The notes under the pieces: generated by a model
The model's input: only the letters and a program-made list of their open reading frames with translations
Told to the model about the DNA's origin: nothing
The model's database searches: none
Position numbers and translations under genes: made by a program
Origin: Candidatus Omnitrophota bacterium
GTDB taxonomy: Bacteria > Omnitrophota > Gorgyraeia > Zapsychrales > Zapsychraceae
Assembly: GCA_016214285.1 (NCBI GenBank)
Contig: JACROV010000041.1
Location: 1-55,258, forward strand
Length of the DNA: 55,258 nt
Direction: 5' to 3'
Shown: positions 38,798 through 48,687 of the stretch, piece after piece
Numbering within the stretch: the stretch's first letter is position 1
Layout of the letters: each line of letters starts with the position of its first letter

Positions 38798-40861
38798 TCA
38801 AATGATTTTCCGGATGGCCTCGAGCATCACAGGGTTGTCATCCAGGGGCTTGGTCTGGATCTTGCCCTTGGCGATATCATAGACGGCGCGGCCGATATCC
38901 TTGATGCCGCTGGCCAGGATGTACCCTTGCGCGCCCAACTGTTCGATAAAATCCAGGTGCTTATTTTGCGCGCCCGCGCCTTTGGCGCGTAATTCGGGAA
39001 GAAAAACGATGGCGCTCTTCCCCGAACTGGCCGCCTCGGAGACCATGGATATGCTGTCTCCGGAAACAACCTGGATATCGGACAACCCCAAAATGCCTCC
39101 CACCGCTTCCGGGACGTTGTCCTGCCCGGCCAAGATCAACAAAGGACACCGCGGATGTTTGCGTAAACGTTTATGCAAAAGTTGTTCGACCGACGCCGGT
39201 GTCCGGCGTGAAGTGGTGGCCAGAATATCAGCATTGATCTCCTGCGCCACTTCGGTCAATTGATGAACAAGTACTTTCATCTGATGTTCATCCAGGAAGA
39301 TATTCTTTGAATCACCACCAATGAAAAGGCCGATCTTTAATCTAAGATTATTTTTAAGATGCGAATAGCGATTTAACAACGCCTGGGATTGCCGCGTTTG
39401 ATATTCTTGCGTGATCAGATTCGGCGCGGCTTTCGTATAGACCAGCGATGTCCGCGGATCATGCCCGCCCCGCATCTCGTGTTGCGGCAAGATCACCAAA
39501 TGGAACCGCCGGTATCCCAGCAGGCCGGGCTTGAGGATAACGACACTTTTCGCCCCATAATCGCGGGATAGAAAATTATTGACCCCCGCCATGCCGGAGC
39601 CGCAGGAAACGATGAAATCCGCCTTGATCCGCTGGATCTGCTGGAATGATTCCGGGGTCAGGAACCCTTTTAACCATCCCAATTGCGCCCGGTAAAAAAC
39701 TGGCGGGATCAGGAGATTCAGGATCGTGAACAACTTGCGGTGCCATTGACTTTTAAAAACGATTTCGGTCGTTCGGACACTCGAAGATATGCCGCGTTCA
39801 CCAAGCACTTTCTGCAACAATCCGGCAACCGCCTGGGATTGGCGCAGGTGGCCGGTTTTTCCATCGTTTAAAATGGCGATGGCGGTTTCGTTGGAATACT
39901 TCCAGATCTTGTAAAACCACATGTATTCGGACGGGTAACGCCGGATGTAGTCTTCCATGATCCTGGTTATCCGGTTCAAATTCGCGGGAATATCTTTCTC
40001 AGGATCTCCGGTGTTGATCAATTCCAGGGGTTTGTGCACGATCATCTTGTGCCGCCCGTTCTGTTCCCGATGGATGATGCTAAAGCAGATCGGCACGCCC
40101 CACTTGAGTCCCATCCGGATCGCCCCCACGGACATTGAGGCGTTGCGGCCAAAAAACGGCACCAGGGTTCCGTCTCTGCCCCCCTGGTCGACCACCATCC
40201 CGATGACTTCGTTGTTCTGGAGACTGCGAACAAAATCGCGCGTGCCCATCCCGCGGGAAAGAACGACATAACCGCCGCAGGAACGGTACCAGTTCAAAAG
40301 TTCATCCAGGCGGGAATAACGGGTTTGCGGCTTGACCATCACTTTATAAGGCAAGTTGAGCATGGCGCACGAAAGGCTCGCCAGTTCCCAGCTGCCGAAG
40401 TGCATCGCCAGCATGATGGCGCCCTTACCCTGCCCACGGCCTTCAGAAAGGTTCTCGATGCCTTCGACCGTAATAAGTTTTTGAAAATTTTTCGGCGTGA
40501 TGAGCGGCATGCGGAACAGATCGATGAAATTCTGCCCGTAATTGCGGAATAATTGTTTTGTGATGCGCTTTAATTCGGCAGGCGACCTGGAATCGGCGAA
40601 AACCATCTTCAGGTTGGCATAGGCGAGGATTTTGTGCCTCGTGTCGAAATAATACGCGAGCATCCCGATCATCCTGCCAATGAACAAAGCGATTCCCAAC
40701 GGCAACAAGCGCACAAAGGCGCCAAAAATACTGACGCTATGAAAGATCAACCCTTCAACTAAGCCGGGTTTGAAAACTGGGGCACGCTCAGTCCTTCGAT
40801 TACACTCAGGACTGAGCCCTGAGCGAAGTCGAATGGGCTCAGGGTTGATACTGAGCGGCAC
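38798..40861 (-). CDS. Lipid A acyltransferase (LpxL-like) fused to ELM1/GtrOC1 domain
   Basis: HFGSWE, VVDQ, PFFG, YMWFYKIWK, then LNDGKTGHLRQS, PQH, IGG, TTSRRT, SGDSISMVSEA. GTG 40861 lies 8 nt after AGGAGG. Confidence 0.88.
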   Translation of the reverse strand: MPLSINPEPIRLRSGLSPECNRRTERAPVFKPGLVEGLIFHSVSIFGAFVRLLPLGIALFIGRMIGMLAYYFDTRHKILAYANLKMVFADSRSPAELKRITKQLFRNYGQNFIDLFRMPLITPKNFQKLITVEGIENLSEGRGQGKGAIMLAMHFGSWELASLSCAMLNLPYKVMVKPQTRYSRLDELLNWYRSCGGYVVLSRGMGTRDFVRSLQNNEVIGMVVDQGGRDGTLVPFFGRNASMSVGAIRMGLKWGVPICFSIIHREQNGRHKMIVHKPLELINTGDPEKDIPANLNRITRIMEDYIRRYPSEYMWFYKIWKYSNETAIAILNDGKTGHLRQSQAVAGLLQKVLGERGISSSVRTTEIVFKSQWHRKLFTILNLLIPPVFYRAQLGWLKGFLTPESFQQIQRIKADFIVSCGSGMAGVNNFLSRDYGAKSVVILKPGLLGYRRFHLVILPQHEMRGGHDPRTSLVYTKAAPNLITQEYQTRQSQALLNRYSHLKNNLRLKIGLFIGGDSKNIFLDEHQMKVLVHQLTEVAQEINADILATTSRRTPASVEQLLHKRLRKHPRCPLLILAGQDNVPEAVGGILGLSDIQVVSGDSISMVSEAASSGKSAIVFLPELRAKGAGAQNKHLDFIEQLGAQGYILASGIKDIGRAVYDIAKGKIQTKPLDDNPVMLEAIRKII
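40746..40849. repeat. Nested REP-like palindrome in frame within the acyltransferase 5' end
   Basis: Outer atcaaccct/agggttgat pair enclosing ccttcgattacactcagg and ccctgagcgaagtcgaatggg units. Confidence 0.78.
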
Positions 40862-40862
40862 T

Positions 40863-41963
40863 TTAAGCCCCTCCTTTCGCCGTCGAAGTATCAAGGATTC
40901 GTTTAAAGAATGCATTTTCTCCTGTGCCATCACGGACCGTCAATTCGATATGTAATGATTGAAATTCTACGTCTTCCACCTGGCGGATATCATCCCGTAG
41001 ATCCGCCAGCTTAACCGCATCTTTTTGTGTCGTTATGACAATTCCGATATGATCGCGGCGGCAATGTTCCAGGATGCGGCGGATATCTGCTGTATTATAG
41101 ACATAATGGTCGGCAAAGTTAAATGCTTTTTGGATTTTTGCCCCTAATCCCGTCAGCGTTGCGGCGAACGCCGCTGGCGCGCCCAGGCTGCACACCGCGC
41201 ACACTCTTTGACCGGCGATAGTTTCCATTTCACGGGACCTTCCTGTTTTTAAATCCACTAACCGCACCGGCCGATGGACAGTTTCAATGAGTTGCTGCGT
41301 ACATCCGATCGCGGCCAAACGCTTACGGATCAAGTCCATCTGTTCCCGCCCCAAGTCCACTTTCGTCAAGATCAGTAAATTCGCGCGGCGCAAAGCCGCG
41401 AGCGGTTCGCGCAATATCCCCCGCGGCAAAAGACAACCGTTCCCAAAAGGGTTTGTGGTATCAATGGCAACAATATCCAGGTCCCGCGCCAAACGCCACT
41501 GCTGGAAGCCGTCGTCCAGGATAAAAACATCCGCTTGATTGTTTTTGAGGAAATCCCGGGCATTTTTGATCCGGTCCGCGCCGGAAATAACCGGAACGTC
41601 CCCCAGGATCTCCCGCATCATGACCGCCTCATCACTTTGCGCGCTTTGCGCGGGATCGCAGGCGATCCCGCGTCCCATATAGCCGCGCGTCAAAATAACT
41701 GGTTTAATTTTGTTCTCCTTGTATATTTGCGCTATTTTGACGACCAGCGGGGTCTTGCCGGTACCACCGACGGTAATATTCCCCACACTAACGACCGGCC
41801 GCCCCAAATGATGCTGCTTTAAAATTCCGCTTCGATAAAGCCAGGCCGCGGCCGTAACGAGGGCTAAATATATAAACGAAAGTATCCGCAGGAAAAATTT
41901 CAAGATACCGGCAAGCGGCCCGTGGACATCATCGGTTACGATACGATAAAGAAAGTCCTTCAC
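40863..41963 (-). CDS. lpxK: Tetraacyldisaccharide 4'-kinase
   Basis: VGNITVGGTGKTP, TRGY, DDGFQ, LPRGILREP, TTQKDAVK. Confidence 0.96.
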   Translation of the reverse strand: MKDFLYRIVTDDVHGPLAGILKFFLRILSFIYLALVTAAAWLYRSGILKQHHLGRPVVSVGNITVGGTGKTPLVVKIAQIYKENKIKPVILTRGYMGRGIACDPAQSAQSDEAVMMREILGDVPVISGADRIKNARDFLKNNQADVFILDDGFQQWRLARDLDIVAIDTTNPFGNGCLLPRGILREPLAALRRANLLILTKVDLGREQMDLIRKRLAAIGCTQQLIETVHRPVRLVDLKTGRSREMETIAGQRVCAVCSLGAPAAFAATLTGLGAKIQKAFNFADHYVYNTADIRRILEHCRRDHIGIVITTQKDAVKLADLRDDIRQVEDVEFQSLHIELTVRDGTGENAFFKRILDTSTAKGGA

Positions 41964-43216
41964 GGTCCCAATATCTCCTCAATGGCCCTGACGGTCACTT
42001 CCGTCGCCCCTTGATGCCGCGCGGCCTCCTGTTGCGCGGCGAGGCCGACCCTCGCGCATCGCTGAGGGTCATATAACAAACTACGCAATTGCGCGATCAT
42101 TTCTTGAGGCGTATTGACCTCCAGCAAAGCACCGGTGGGCGTAAAAATATCGACAATATCCCGGAAATTTTCCGTGCGCGGACCGACCAGCGTTGGCTTA
42201 CCCAAAACAAGAGGTTCAAGCATGTTTTGTCCCCCCGCCCCCCGCAAACTTTTTCCAATAAAAACAACATCAGCCAAACCATACAGATCGCGCAAATATC
42301 CAATGCGATCAATGATCAAAACCGTTGAAGCATCCGCCATGAAAGTTACAGGATTGTCTGAAAATTTTTGCGGCAACAATCCCACGTACCCACATAACCG
42401 CGCGACCTCATTCGCGCGTTCAACACGCCGGGGCGCAATGATCAGGCGTAAAAAGGGGAATTGTATCTTCAGACTGTTGTAAACGTCCAATACGATCTTC
42501 TCTTCACCCGGGTATGTGCTGCCGGCGATGAGCAGTCTATCCTGCTCACGGAAACCGAGGTCCTCCTTTTTCACCGACGTTTCCCGGTGAAGATTATCAA
42601 ATTTAAGGTTGCCGACCACGCGCACCATTTTCTCATCCGCGCCCAGTGCAATGATCCGCCGCGCGTCCTCCTGGCTCTGCATGCACAACAGCCGCACGCC
42701 GCGCAATACTCGCCGCGTCAGGAAATACACTTTGCGGTATCCGGCAAACGCCTTGTCCGATATCCGTCCGTTGACTTCGACGATCGGGACATTTCGTTTG
42801 TGCAGACAGGTGAATAAATTCGGCCATATCTCGGTCTCCGCGGATATATACAGGACCGGGTCCAGGATAGCCGCATATTTACGCACGACCCAGCTAAAAT
42901 CAAACGGCGCGTAAATGACAGGGCACGTGCCCTGCAGTTTTTGGTGGGCGAGCGCGTGACCCGTTGACGTCACGGTCGAAAGCACGATTCCATACCCCGG
43001 GAGCCTCTCCTGAATTTTTTGGATCAAGTTCAAAACGACTAACACTTCTCCAACGCTCACCGCATGGACCCAGATGATCTTCCTGGCCCCCATTCTCGGA
43101 GGCAACGAGAAGCCCAAACGCATCCAGAGCCCCTCATGCCATTTCCTTTTTAAGACGAGATACGGCAAATAGGCGATGGCGAAGAGCAAAAAGATAATGT
43201 CATAAATGATGAACAC
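41960..43216 (-). CDS. waaA: KDO transferase
   Basis: WVHAVSVGE, ETEIWPN, GNLKFD, AGST..GEE, GGQN.LEP. Confidence 0.95.
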   Translation of the reverse strand: MFIIYDIIFLLFAIAYLPYLVLKRKWHEGLWMRLGFSLPPRMGARKIIWVHAVSVGEVLVVLNLIQKIQERLPGYGIVLSTVTSTGHALAHQKLQGTCPVIYAPFDFSWVVRKYAAILDPVLYISAETEIWPNLFTCLHKRNVPIVEVNGRISDKAFAGYRKVYFLTRRVLRGVRLLCMQSQEDARRIIALGADEKMVRVVGNLKFDNLHRETSVKKEDLGFREQDRLLIAGSTYPGEEKIVLDVYNSLKIQFPFLRLIIAPRRVERANEVARLCGYVGLLPQKFSDNPVTFMADASTVLIIDRIGYLRDLYGLADVVFIGKSLRGAGGQNMLEPLVLGKPTLVGPRTENFRDIVDIFTPTGALLEVNTPQEMIAQLRSLLYDPQRCARVGLAAQQEAARHQGATEVTVRAIEEILGP

Positions 43217-43226
43217 GGATTTTCCT

Positions 43227-44087
43227 TCAGGCCCTGGGATGGGCCTGGTCGTAAACTTTTTTCAAGCGGTCGGTCGTCACATGCGTGTAGATCTGGGTCG
43301 TTGAAAGATTAACATGCCCCAAAAGTTCCTGGACGGAGCGCAAGTCCGCCCCGCGGTTGAGAAGATGCGTGGCAAAGGTGTGCCGCAGAACATGCGGGGA
43401 AATATCGTGCGACGTGCTCATCAGTTTGATGTATTTGTGGACGATGGTGCACACGCTGCGCGTTGACAAGCGCGTCCCGTTCTTATTTAAAAAAACCGCG
43501 CTGGCCTGCCTGGAGCGGCTGTCCAGATAATCACGAACAGCATCAACCGCCTTGATGCCGATCGGAACCAGACGTTCTTTCCTGCCCTTACCCGCTACTT
43601 TGACGATATTGCTGATCAGATCCACCTGCTCGGTATTGAGCCCCACCAGTTCGCTGACGCGGATTCCCGTGCTGTAGAGCATTTCCAGGATCGCGCGGTC
43701 CCGCTTACCCATTATTTTATCGCTTACCGGTGTTTCAACAAACTGCGCGACTTCTTCTTCCGTCAGGAATTTAGGCAATAATTTTTCGCGTTTGGGAGAC
43801 ATCAAAAGAGTGGCCGGATTATTTTTGATATGGCCTTCGCGGTGAAGGAATTTGAAGAAACTTCTTAGAGTGGAAAGTTTCCGGGTCAGCGTGCGGGGCA
43901 AATACTCTTTTGTCCGCAAGTGGGCGAGAAAACGACGCAAGAATAAATAATCGATTCTTTCCAGGGCCGTTGAGCCGGTGAATGCGGCAAAATCCCGCAG
44001 ATCAATCGCGTAATTTAAAGTGGTATGGCGGGAATAATTTTTCTCAACCTCGAGATAGGTAATGAATTTTGCGATATAACGATCCAC
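43227..44087 (-). CDS. xerC: Tyrosine recombinase XerC
   Basis: TGIRVSEL, GKGRKER, HVLRHTFATH, LLGH..LSTTQIYTH, downstream of topA. Confidence 0.9.
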   Translation of the reverse strand: MDRYIAKFITYLEVEKNYSRHTTLNYAIDLRDFAAFTGSTALERIDYLFLRRFLAHLRTKEYLPRTLTRKLSTLRSFFKFLHREGHIKNNPATLLMSPKREKLLPKFLTEEEVAQFVETPVSDKIMGKRDRAILEMLYSTGIRVSELVGLNTEQVDLISNIVKVAGKGRKERLVPIGIKAVDAVRDYLDSRSRQASAVFLNKNGTRLSTRSVCTIVHKYIKLMSTSHDISPHVLRHTFATHLLNRGADLRSVQELLGHVNLSTTQIYTHVTTDRLKKVYDQAHPRA

Positions 44088-44096
44088 GGAATAATC

Positions 44097-44229
44097 AAAT
44101 CACAAGCACCAAATTACAAACAATATACAATTTCCAAATTCAAATGGCCGAAGCGGTTTAAATAACGATTTGTTTTGGTCATCGGTATTTGTTTATTGTT
44201 TGTGATTTGGAATTTGGTTATTGGAATTT
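44097..44229. repeat. Inverted heptamer-array element (same family as 7152-7375)
   Basis: Left arm aaatcac-aagcacc-aaattac-aaacaat. Right arm reverse-complements to aaattcc-aataacc-aaattcc-aaatcac-aaacaat and overlaps the topA 3' end. Confidence 0.82.
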
Positions 44230-46181
44230 TGGTCTTCCGGCAATTCTTTGCTCACATAGGTGCATTTGGGGTAATTGCTGCACCCGTAAAACGCCCCCCG
44301 GCGCGACTGGCGCTTGACGAGTTCCCCGCCGCAATCTTTCTCCGGGCATTTGATCCCGGTGGTGAACGGTTGCGCGAATTTACATTCCGGGAACCCCGAA
44401 CAACTCAAGAATTTCCCGCGACGGCCCCACTTGACTTGCATTTGCTTGCCGCATTGCGGGCAATATTTATCGACAAACTCGCGTTGTTTGACAATATTGC
44501 TTTCGGCAAAAACGAGCTCTTCCTGGAACGGCTTGTAGAATTCCGCGAGCAGTTTGGGATATTCGAGCTCTCCCTCCTCGATCAAATCAAGACTTTCCTC
44601 CATCCGGGCGGTAAATCCAATATCCATGATCTTCGAAAAATATTCCACCAAAATATCGCAGATCGTCATTCCCAGTTCCGTGGGGGTCAAATAGCCGCGC
44701 TCACGGGTAACATAATGGCGATAGACAAGCGTTTCAACGGTGGAAGCGTAGGTGCTGGGCCGGCCGATGCCGTCTTCTTCAAGGGACTTGACGAGGCTCG
44801 CGTCCGAAAACCGCGGCGGCGGTTTTGTAAAATGCTGGGTGGGATGGACCTCGGCCAATTTCAAAATGTCACCTTCGAAGTAATGCGCAAAATCGATCTT
44901 TGTTTCCTCTTCTTGTTCATCACGGCTTAAGGCCAAGAATCCGTCAAAAAGAAGCGTCGCCCCGGAGGCGTTCCATTGATATTTACCGGATTGGATCTCG
45001 ACGCGTTTCTGCTGGTGAACCGCCGGGGTCATTTGTGAACTGACAAATCGCCGCCAGATCAATTCGTAAAGTTTGCGCTGGTCAGGGTCAAGGAACTGCT
45101 GGATATCTTCGGGTTTACGCAAAACGTCCGTCGGCCGGATGGCTTCATGGGCTTCCTGGGCGGATTTTCTTGATTTATATTTATTCGGTTCATCGGGCAG
45201 ATATTTATTGCCGTAAGTGGTTTTTATAAAATCCCGCAGCCGGGCCATGGCCTCCGCGGAAATATTCACCGAATCCGTGCGCATATAGGTGATAAGACCG
45301 AGCACTTCGCCATTACTCAACTCAATGCCTTCATATAACTGCTGGGCAATGAGCATGGTGCGGTTGGCGTTAAAACGCAACTTATTGAACGCCTCCTGCT
45401 GCAGGGTGCTCGTAATAAGCGGCGGTCCTGGCCGGCGCTGGACTTCCCGTTGTGAAATGGCGGAGATCAAAAATTTTTCATTCTTGATCTCTTCAACGAT
45501 CTTGTCCGCTTGCGCTTTACCCCCCAATGCGATTTTTTCACCATTCATTTTCTCCAATGAGGCATTGAGCAAGTCAGCATAGCCCTGCTTTTGCAGGTCA
45601 ACGGTGATCTGCCAGTATTCCTGGGGAATAAAACTTTTGATCTCCCGCTCCCGCTCAACAATGATCCGCAAAGCCACCGACTGGACGCGTCCGGCGCTCA
45701 TGCGGGATCCCACCTTTTTCCACAGCAAAGGGCTGATCTTGTAACCGACGATACGGTCGAGAATGCGGCGGGCGACCTGCGCGTCGATCTTCTTGCGGTC
45801 GAATTCACGGGGATGTTTGAAGGCCTCCAGAACCGCTTCCTTGGTGATCTCCTGGAACGTGACGCGGCAAACTTTCTTTCCATCACCGATATGTTCCACG
45901 AGATTCCAGCCGATCGCCTCTCCCTCGCGGTCAGGGTCAGTGGCGAAATAGATCTCCTTGGCGCCTTTGACGTCTTTTTTCAGTTTCGTCAGCAGCTTGG
46001 ACTTGTCCCGCACCACGATAAATTTCGGCTGAAAATTTTTCTCGAGATCCACGCCAAGCGTGGATTTCGGCAAGTCGATCAGGTGCCCCATAGAAGAAAG
46101 CACCTTGAACTTATCCCCAAGGAACTTATTGATGGTTTTGACTTTTGCCGGTGACTCAACGATGACAACCGTTTTGGCCAT
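44193..46181 (-). CDS. topA: DNA topoisomerase I
   Basis: IVESPAK, ATDPDREGE, SAGRVQS, ITYMRTDS, C-terminal zinc ribbons. Confidence 0.98.
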   Translation of the reverse strand: MAKTVVIVESPAKVKTINKFLGDKFKVLSSMGHLIDLPKSTLGVDLEKNFQPKFIVVRDKSKLLTKLKKDVKGAKEIYFATDPDREGEAIGWNLVEHIGDGKKVCRVTFQEITKEAVLEAFKHPREFDRKKIDAQVARRILDRIVGYKISPLLWKKVGSRMSAGRVQSVALRIIVEREREIKSFIPQEYWQITVDLQKQGYADLLNASLEKMNGEKIALGGKAQADKIVEEIKNEKFLISAISQREVQRRPGPPLITSTLQQEAFNKLRFNANRTMLIAQQLYEGIELSNGEVLGLITYMRTDSVNISAEAMARLRDFIKTTYGNKYLPDEPNKYKSRKSAQEAHEAIRPTDVLRKPEDIQQFLDPDQRKLYELIWRRFVSSQMTPAVHQQKRVEIQSGKYQWNASGATLLFDGFLALSRDEQEEETKIDFAHYFEGDILKLAEVHPTQHFTKPPPRFSDASLVKSLEEDGIGRPSTYASTVETLVYRHYVTRERGYLTPTELGMTICDILVEYFSKIMDIGFTARMEESLDLIEEGELEYPKLLAEFYKPFQEELVFAESNIVKQREFVDKYCPQCGKQMQVKWGRRGKFLSCSGFPECKFAQPFTTGIKCPEKDCGGELVKRQSRRGAFYGCSNYPKCTYVSKELPEDQNSNNQIPNHKQ

Positions 46182-46185
46182 AGAT

Positions 46186-46242
46186 CCCTCGTCACTTCGT
46201 TCCTCGGGATGAATGGTCGGGGAAAAATTCCCCGACCATTCA
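46186..46242. repeat. Palindrome pair between dprA and topA
   Basis: Perfect 15-bp stem tgaatggtcggggaa-aaa-ttccccgaccattca (46210-46242), plus ccctcgtcacttcgttcctcggg resembling cccttcacttcgttcaggg at 52843-52861. Confidence 0.7.
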
Positions 46243-47355
46243 CCTTACGAATAATTTTCCGGGTAATTGTTTAATAAAATGTTTAAGTTCCAGACAGGAA
46301 AGCACCACCGTCACGCGTAACGCGTCCGTCCCGCAGCGATCGATGAGCTCATCGATATGAATGGGTCGATCCCCGATAAACCCATAGATCTGCTGTTCCG
46401 ATTCGCTTAATGATCCCGACGCAACAGGCTCTTTTATCCCCGGGGTCCCTGGCGGGACAACATTCCCGTGAGCTTCCTGCAACAATTGCGGATGAATATC
46501 CTCTAAAATATCTTCAACACAGCTGACTAATTTTGCGCCCTGTTTGATCAATCCATGCACGCCTTTTGATGTGGGGCTGTCAACCTTGCCGGGTACGGCG
46601 TAGACTTCCCGACCTTGCTCCAGCGCGAAATCGGCCGTGATCAACGCGCCGCTTTTCGCGGCCGCTTCCACCACGACGACGCCCATGGAAAGCCCGCTGA
46701 TGATCCGGTTGCGCCGCGGAAAATTATATGGCATGGGCAGGGTTTCCATCGCGAATTCAGAAATGAGCGCCCCATGGGCGGGGATAGAATCATATAATTT
46801 TTTATTTTCAGGCGGATAAATATGGGTAAGGCCGCAACCTAAAACGGCAACGGTCTGGCCGTGGGCTTTGAGCGCTCCCGTGTGCGCGGCTGTGTCTATC
46901 CCCCGGGCCATGCCGGAGACGATCGTAAAACCAACCTCGGCCAAGCGCGCCGACCATTGTTCGGCGATCGAATTGCCGTATAAACTGGCGCCGCGCGACC
47001 CAACGACCGCCATGGATAAAGATAAATTCTCCGGCAACCGTCCTTTAACATAGAGAACAATCGGGCTATCGGCAATAGCGCGCAGGCTGGCGGGATATTC
47101 CTCGTCATTAAACGTCAAAACACGGACACCATGTTCGGCAATCAGCGCGAGCTCTTTGGCGAGAAACTGTTCTTTGGAAAACCGGGCAATGGCCGCGGCG
47201 AGCTTGGCAGAAACGACCTGATCGGCGGCCAGATCATTTTCCGTCAGCGACAAGACCTTTTGGGCGCTGCCGTAATATTCCAGGAGTTTGCGAATGTTCG
47301 CGTTACCGACTCCGGGAACGGCATTCAGCGTTATTAATGCATCTATCTCCATCAT
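46240..47355 (-). CDS. dprA: DNA-processing protein DprA
   Basis: AVVGSR, VSGMARGID..AH, FPRRNRIISG, SGALITA. Confidence 0.96.
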   Translation of the reverse strand: MMEIDALITLNAVPGVGNANIRKLLEYYGSAQKVLSLTENDLAADQVVSAKLAAAIARFSKEQFLAKELALIAEHGVRVLTFNDEEYPASLRAIADSPIVLYVKGRLPENLSLSMAVVGSRGASLYGNSIAEQWSARLAEVGFTIVSGMARGIDTAAHTGALKAHGQTVAVLGCGLTHIYPPENKKLYDSIPAHGALISEFAMETLPMPYNFPRRNRIISGLSMGVVVVEAAAKSGALITADFALEQGREVYAVPGKVDSPTSKGVHGLIKQGAKLVSCVEDILEDIHPQLLQEAHGNVVPPGTPGIKEPVASGSLSESEQQIYGFIGDRPIHIDELIDRCGTDALRVTVVLSCLELKHFIKQLPGKLFVR

Positions 47356-47855
47356 AATTTGGCCATGATTTCTTCGCATACTTGCTGTACGGTTTTCTTA
47401 TCAACTTTAATCTTATAATCAGCATGGGCGTACAACGGCTGGCGAAACCGCATTAATTCTTTAATTCTCTCTAAAGGGCCTTTAACATTCAATACTGGTC
47501 GATTTTTTTTCCCTTTTATTCTGGCATAGATTAAAGTCGGTGACGCCGATAAAAGAAATATAACCCCATTTTGACTTAAATTATCGATGTTCTCTTTATC
47601 TAAAACAACTCCTCCCCCACAATCAATAATTATATTTTCTTTTTGCGAGACCTCGCGAATAACCTCCTTTTCTGCTTTTCTGAAATATGCTTCACCAAAT
47701 TCATCAAAAATCTCTAATATTTCTTTTCCTTCTTTTTTTTCAATAATTGAATCTATTGAAACAACTTCTCTTTTTAGAAGTTCTCCTAACCTATTGGATA
47801 CCACAGTCTTACCAGAAGCCATAAACCCTGTAAGAATAATATTTCTACTTTTCAT
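47352..47855 (-). CDS. aroK: Shikimate kinase
   Basis: GFMASGKT, GEAYFR..E, GGGVV, RP.L. Confidence 0.93.
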   Translation of the reverse strand: MKSRNIILTGFMASGKTVVSNRLGELLKREVVSIDSIIEKKEGKEILEIFDEFGEAYFRKAEKEVIREVSQKENIIIDCGGGVVLDKENIDNLSQNGVIFLLSASPTLIYARIKGKKNRPVLNVKGPLERIKELMRFRQPLYAHADYKIKVDKKTVQQVCEEIMAKL

Positions 47856-47882
47856 GGGTTGGATTGTAACATACCGGTCCGG

Positions 47883-48686
47883 TTAATACAACCCATATCC
47901 GCTTAAAATCCAGAGGATGATCGCGTCTCCCCAAAAAAGGCTGATAATAGCGCCGGCCACCAGAAATGGCCCGTAGGCGATGGCGGTGTCCTTAGTCCGA
48001 ATCTTTTCCATAATCCCGTAAACCGCGCCAGAAAACGGAGCCAGGAAGAATGTGAGAATGGCCAATTTCCAACCCAGGAAAGCTCCCACCATCGCCATCA
48101 GCTTCACATCCCCGCCACCCATCGATTCCTTCCTGAAAAGAAAATCTCCCAGGATTCCCATCGCGTAAATGGAGCCGCCTCCGACCAAAGCGCCGACTAA
48201 TGACCATCCCAAAGATTTTAAATGGGCCAAGATCAATGATCCGGTGCCAGCAGCTGCCCCATGCAATTCGGGAATAAACGCGCTAAATAGCAGCCCGGCC
48301 ACCATGCCACCTATGCTGATTTCATCCGGTATGATCCGGTGCTCAAAATCGACAAAGGTCGCCACAATAAATCCGCAAACCATGGTCAGATACGCCGGCA
48401 AAAGCGCGGTCAGGCCAAAATATTGATAAAAGATAACGAAGGTAATCGCGGTGATCAATTCGACCAAAAAATAACGCGGAGAGATCTTTTCTTTACAGAA
48501 CCGGCAACGTCCGCCAAGTAAAATATAACTAATAAAAGGAATGTTGTCGTACCACAATAGCTGTTTTTTGCAATGAACGCAATGCGACCGCGGCTTGACA
48601 ACGGATTTCTCATGCGGCATGCGCACGATGCACACATTCAGGAAACTTCCTACAATCGCACCTAAAACAAACATAAAAAGACCCAT
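47883..48686 (-). CDS. pilD: Prepilin peptidase/N-methyltransferase (A24)
   Basis: GSFLNV, CxxC..WYDNIP..CxxC, MGGGDVKL, YGPFL. Confidence 0.94.
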   Translation of the reverse strand: MGLFMFVLGAIVGSFLNVCIVRMPHEKSVVKPRSHCVHCKKQLLWYDNIPFISYILLGGRCRFCKEKISPRYFLVELITAITFVIFYQYFGLTALLPAYLTMVCGFIVATFVDFEHRIIPDEISIGGMVAGLLFSAFIPELHGAAAGTGSLILAHLKSLGWSLVGALVGGGSIYAMGILGDFLFRKESMGGGDVKLMAMVGAFLGWKLAILTFFLAPFSGAVYGIMEKIRTKDTAIAYGPFLVAGAIISLFWGDAIILWILSGYGLY

Positions 48687-48687
48687 A

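Noticed and set aside
43227-44087. Phage or integron integrase
   Set aside because: Size, motifs and the dprA-topA context fit chromosomal XerC. No att sites or cargo were seen.
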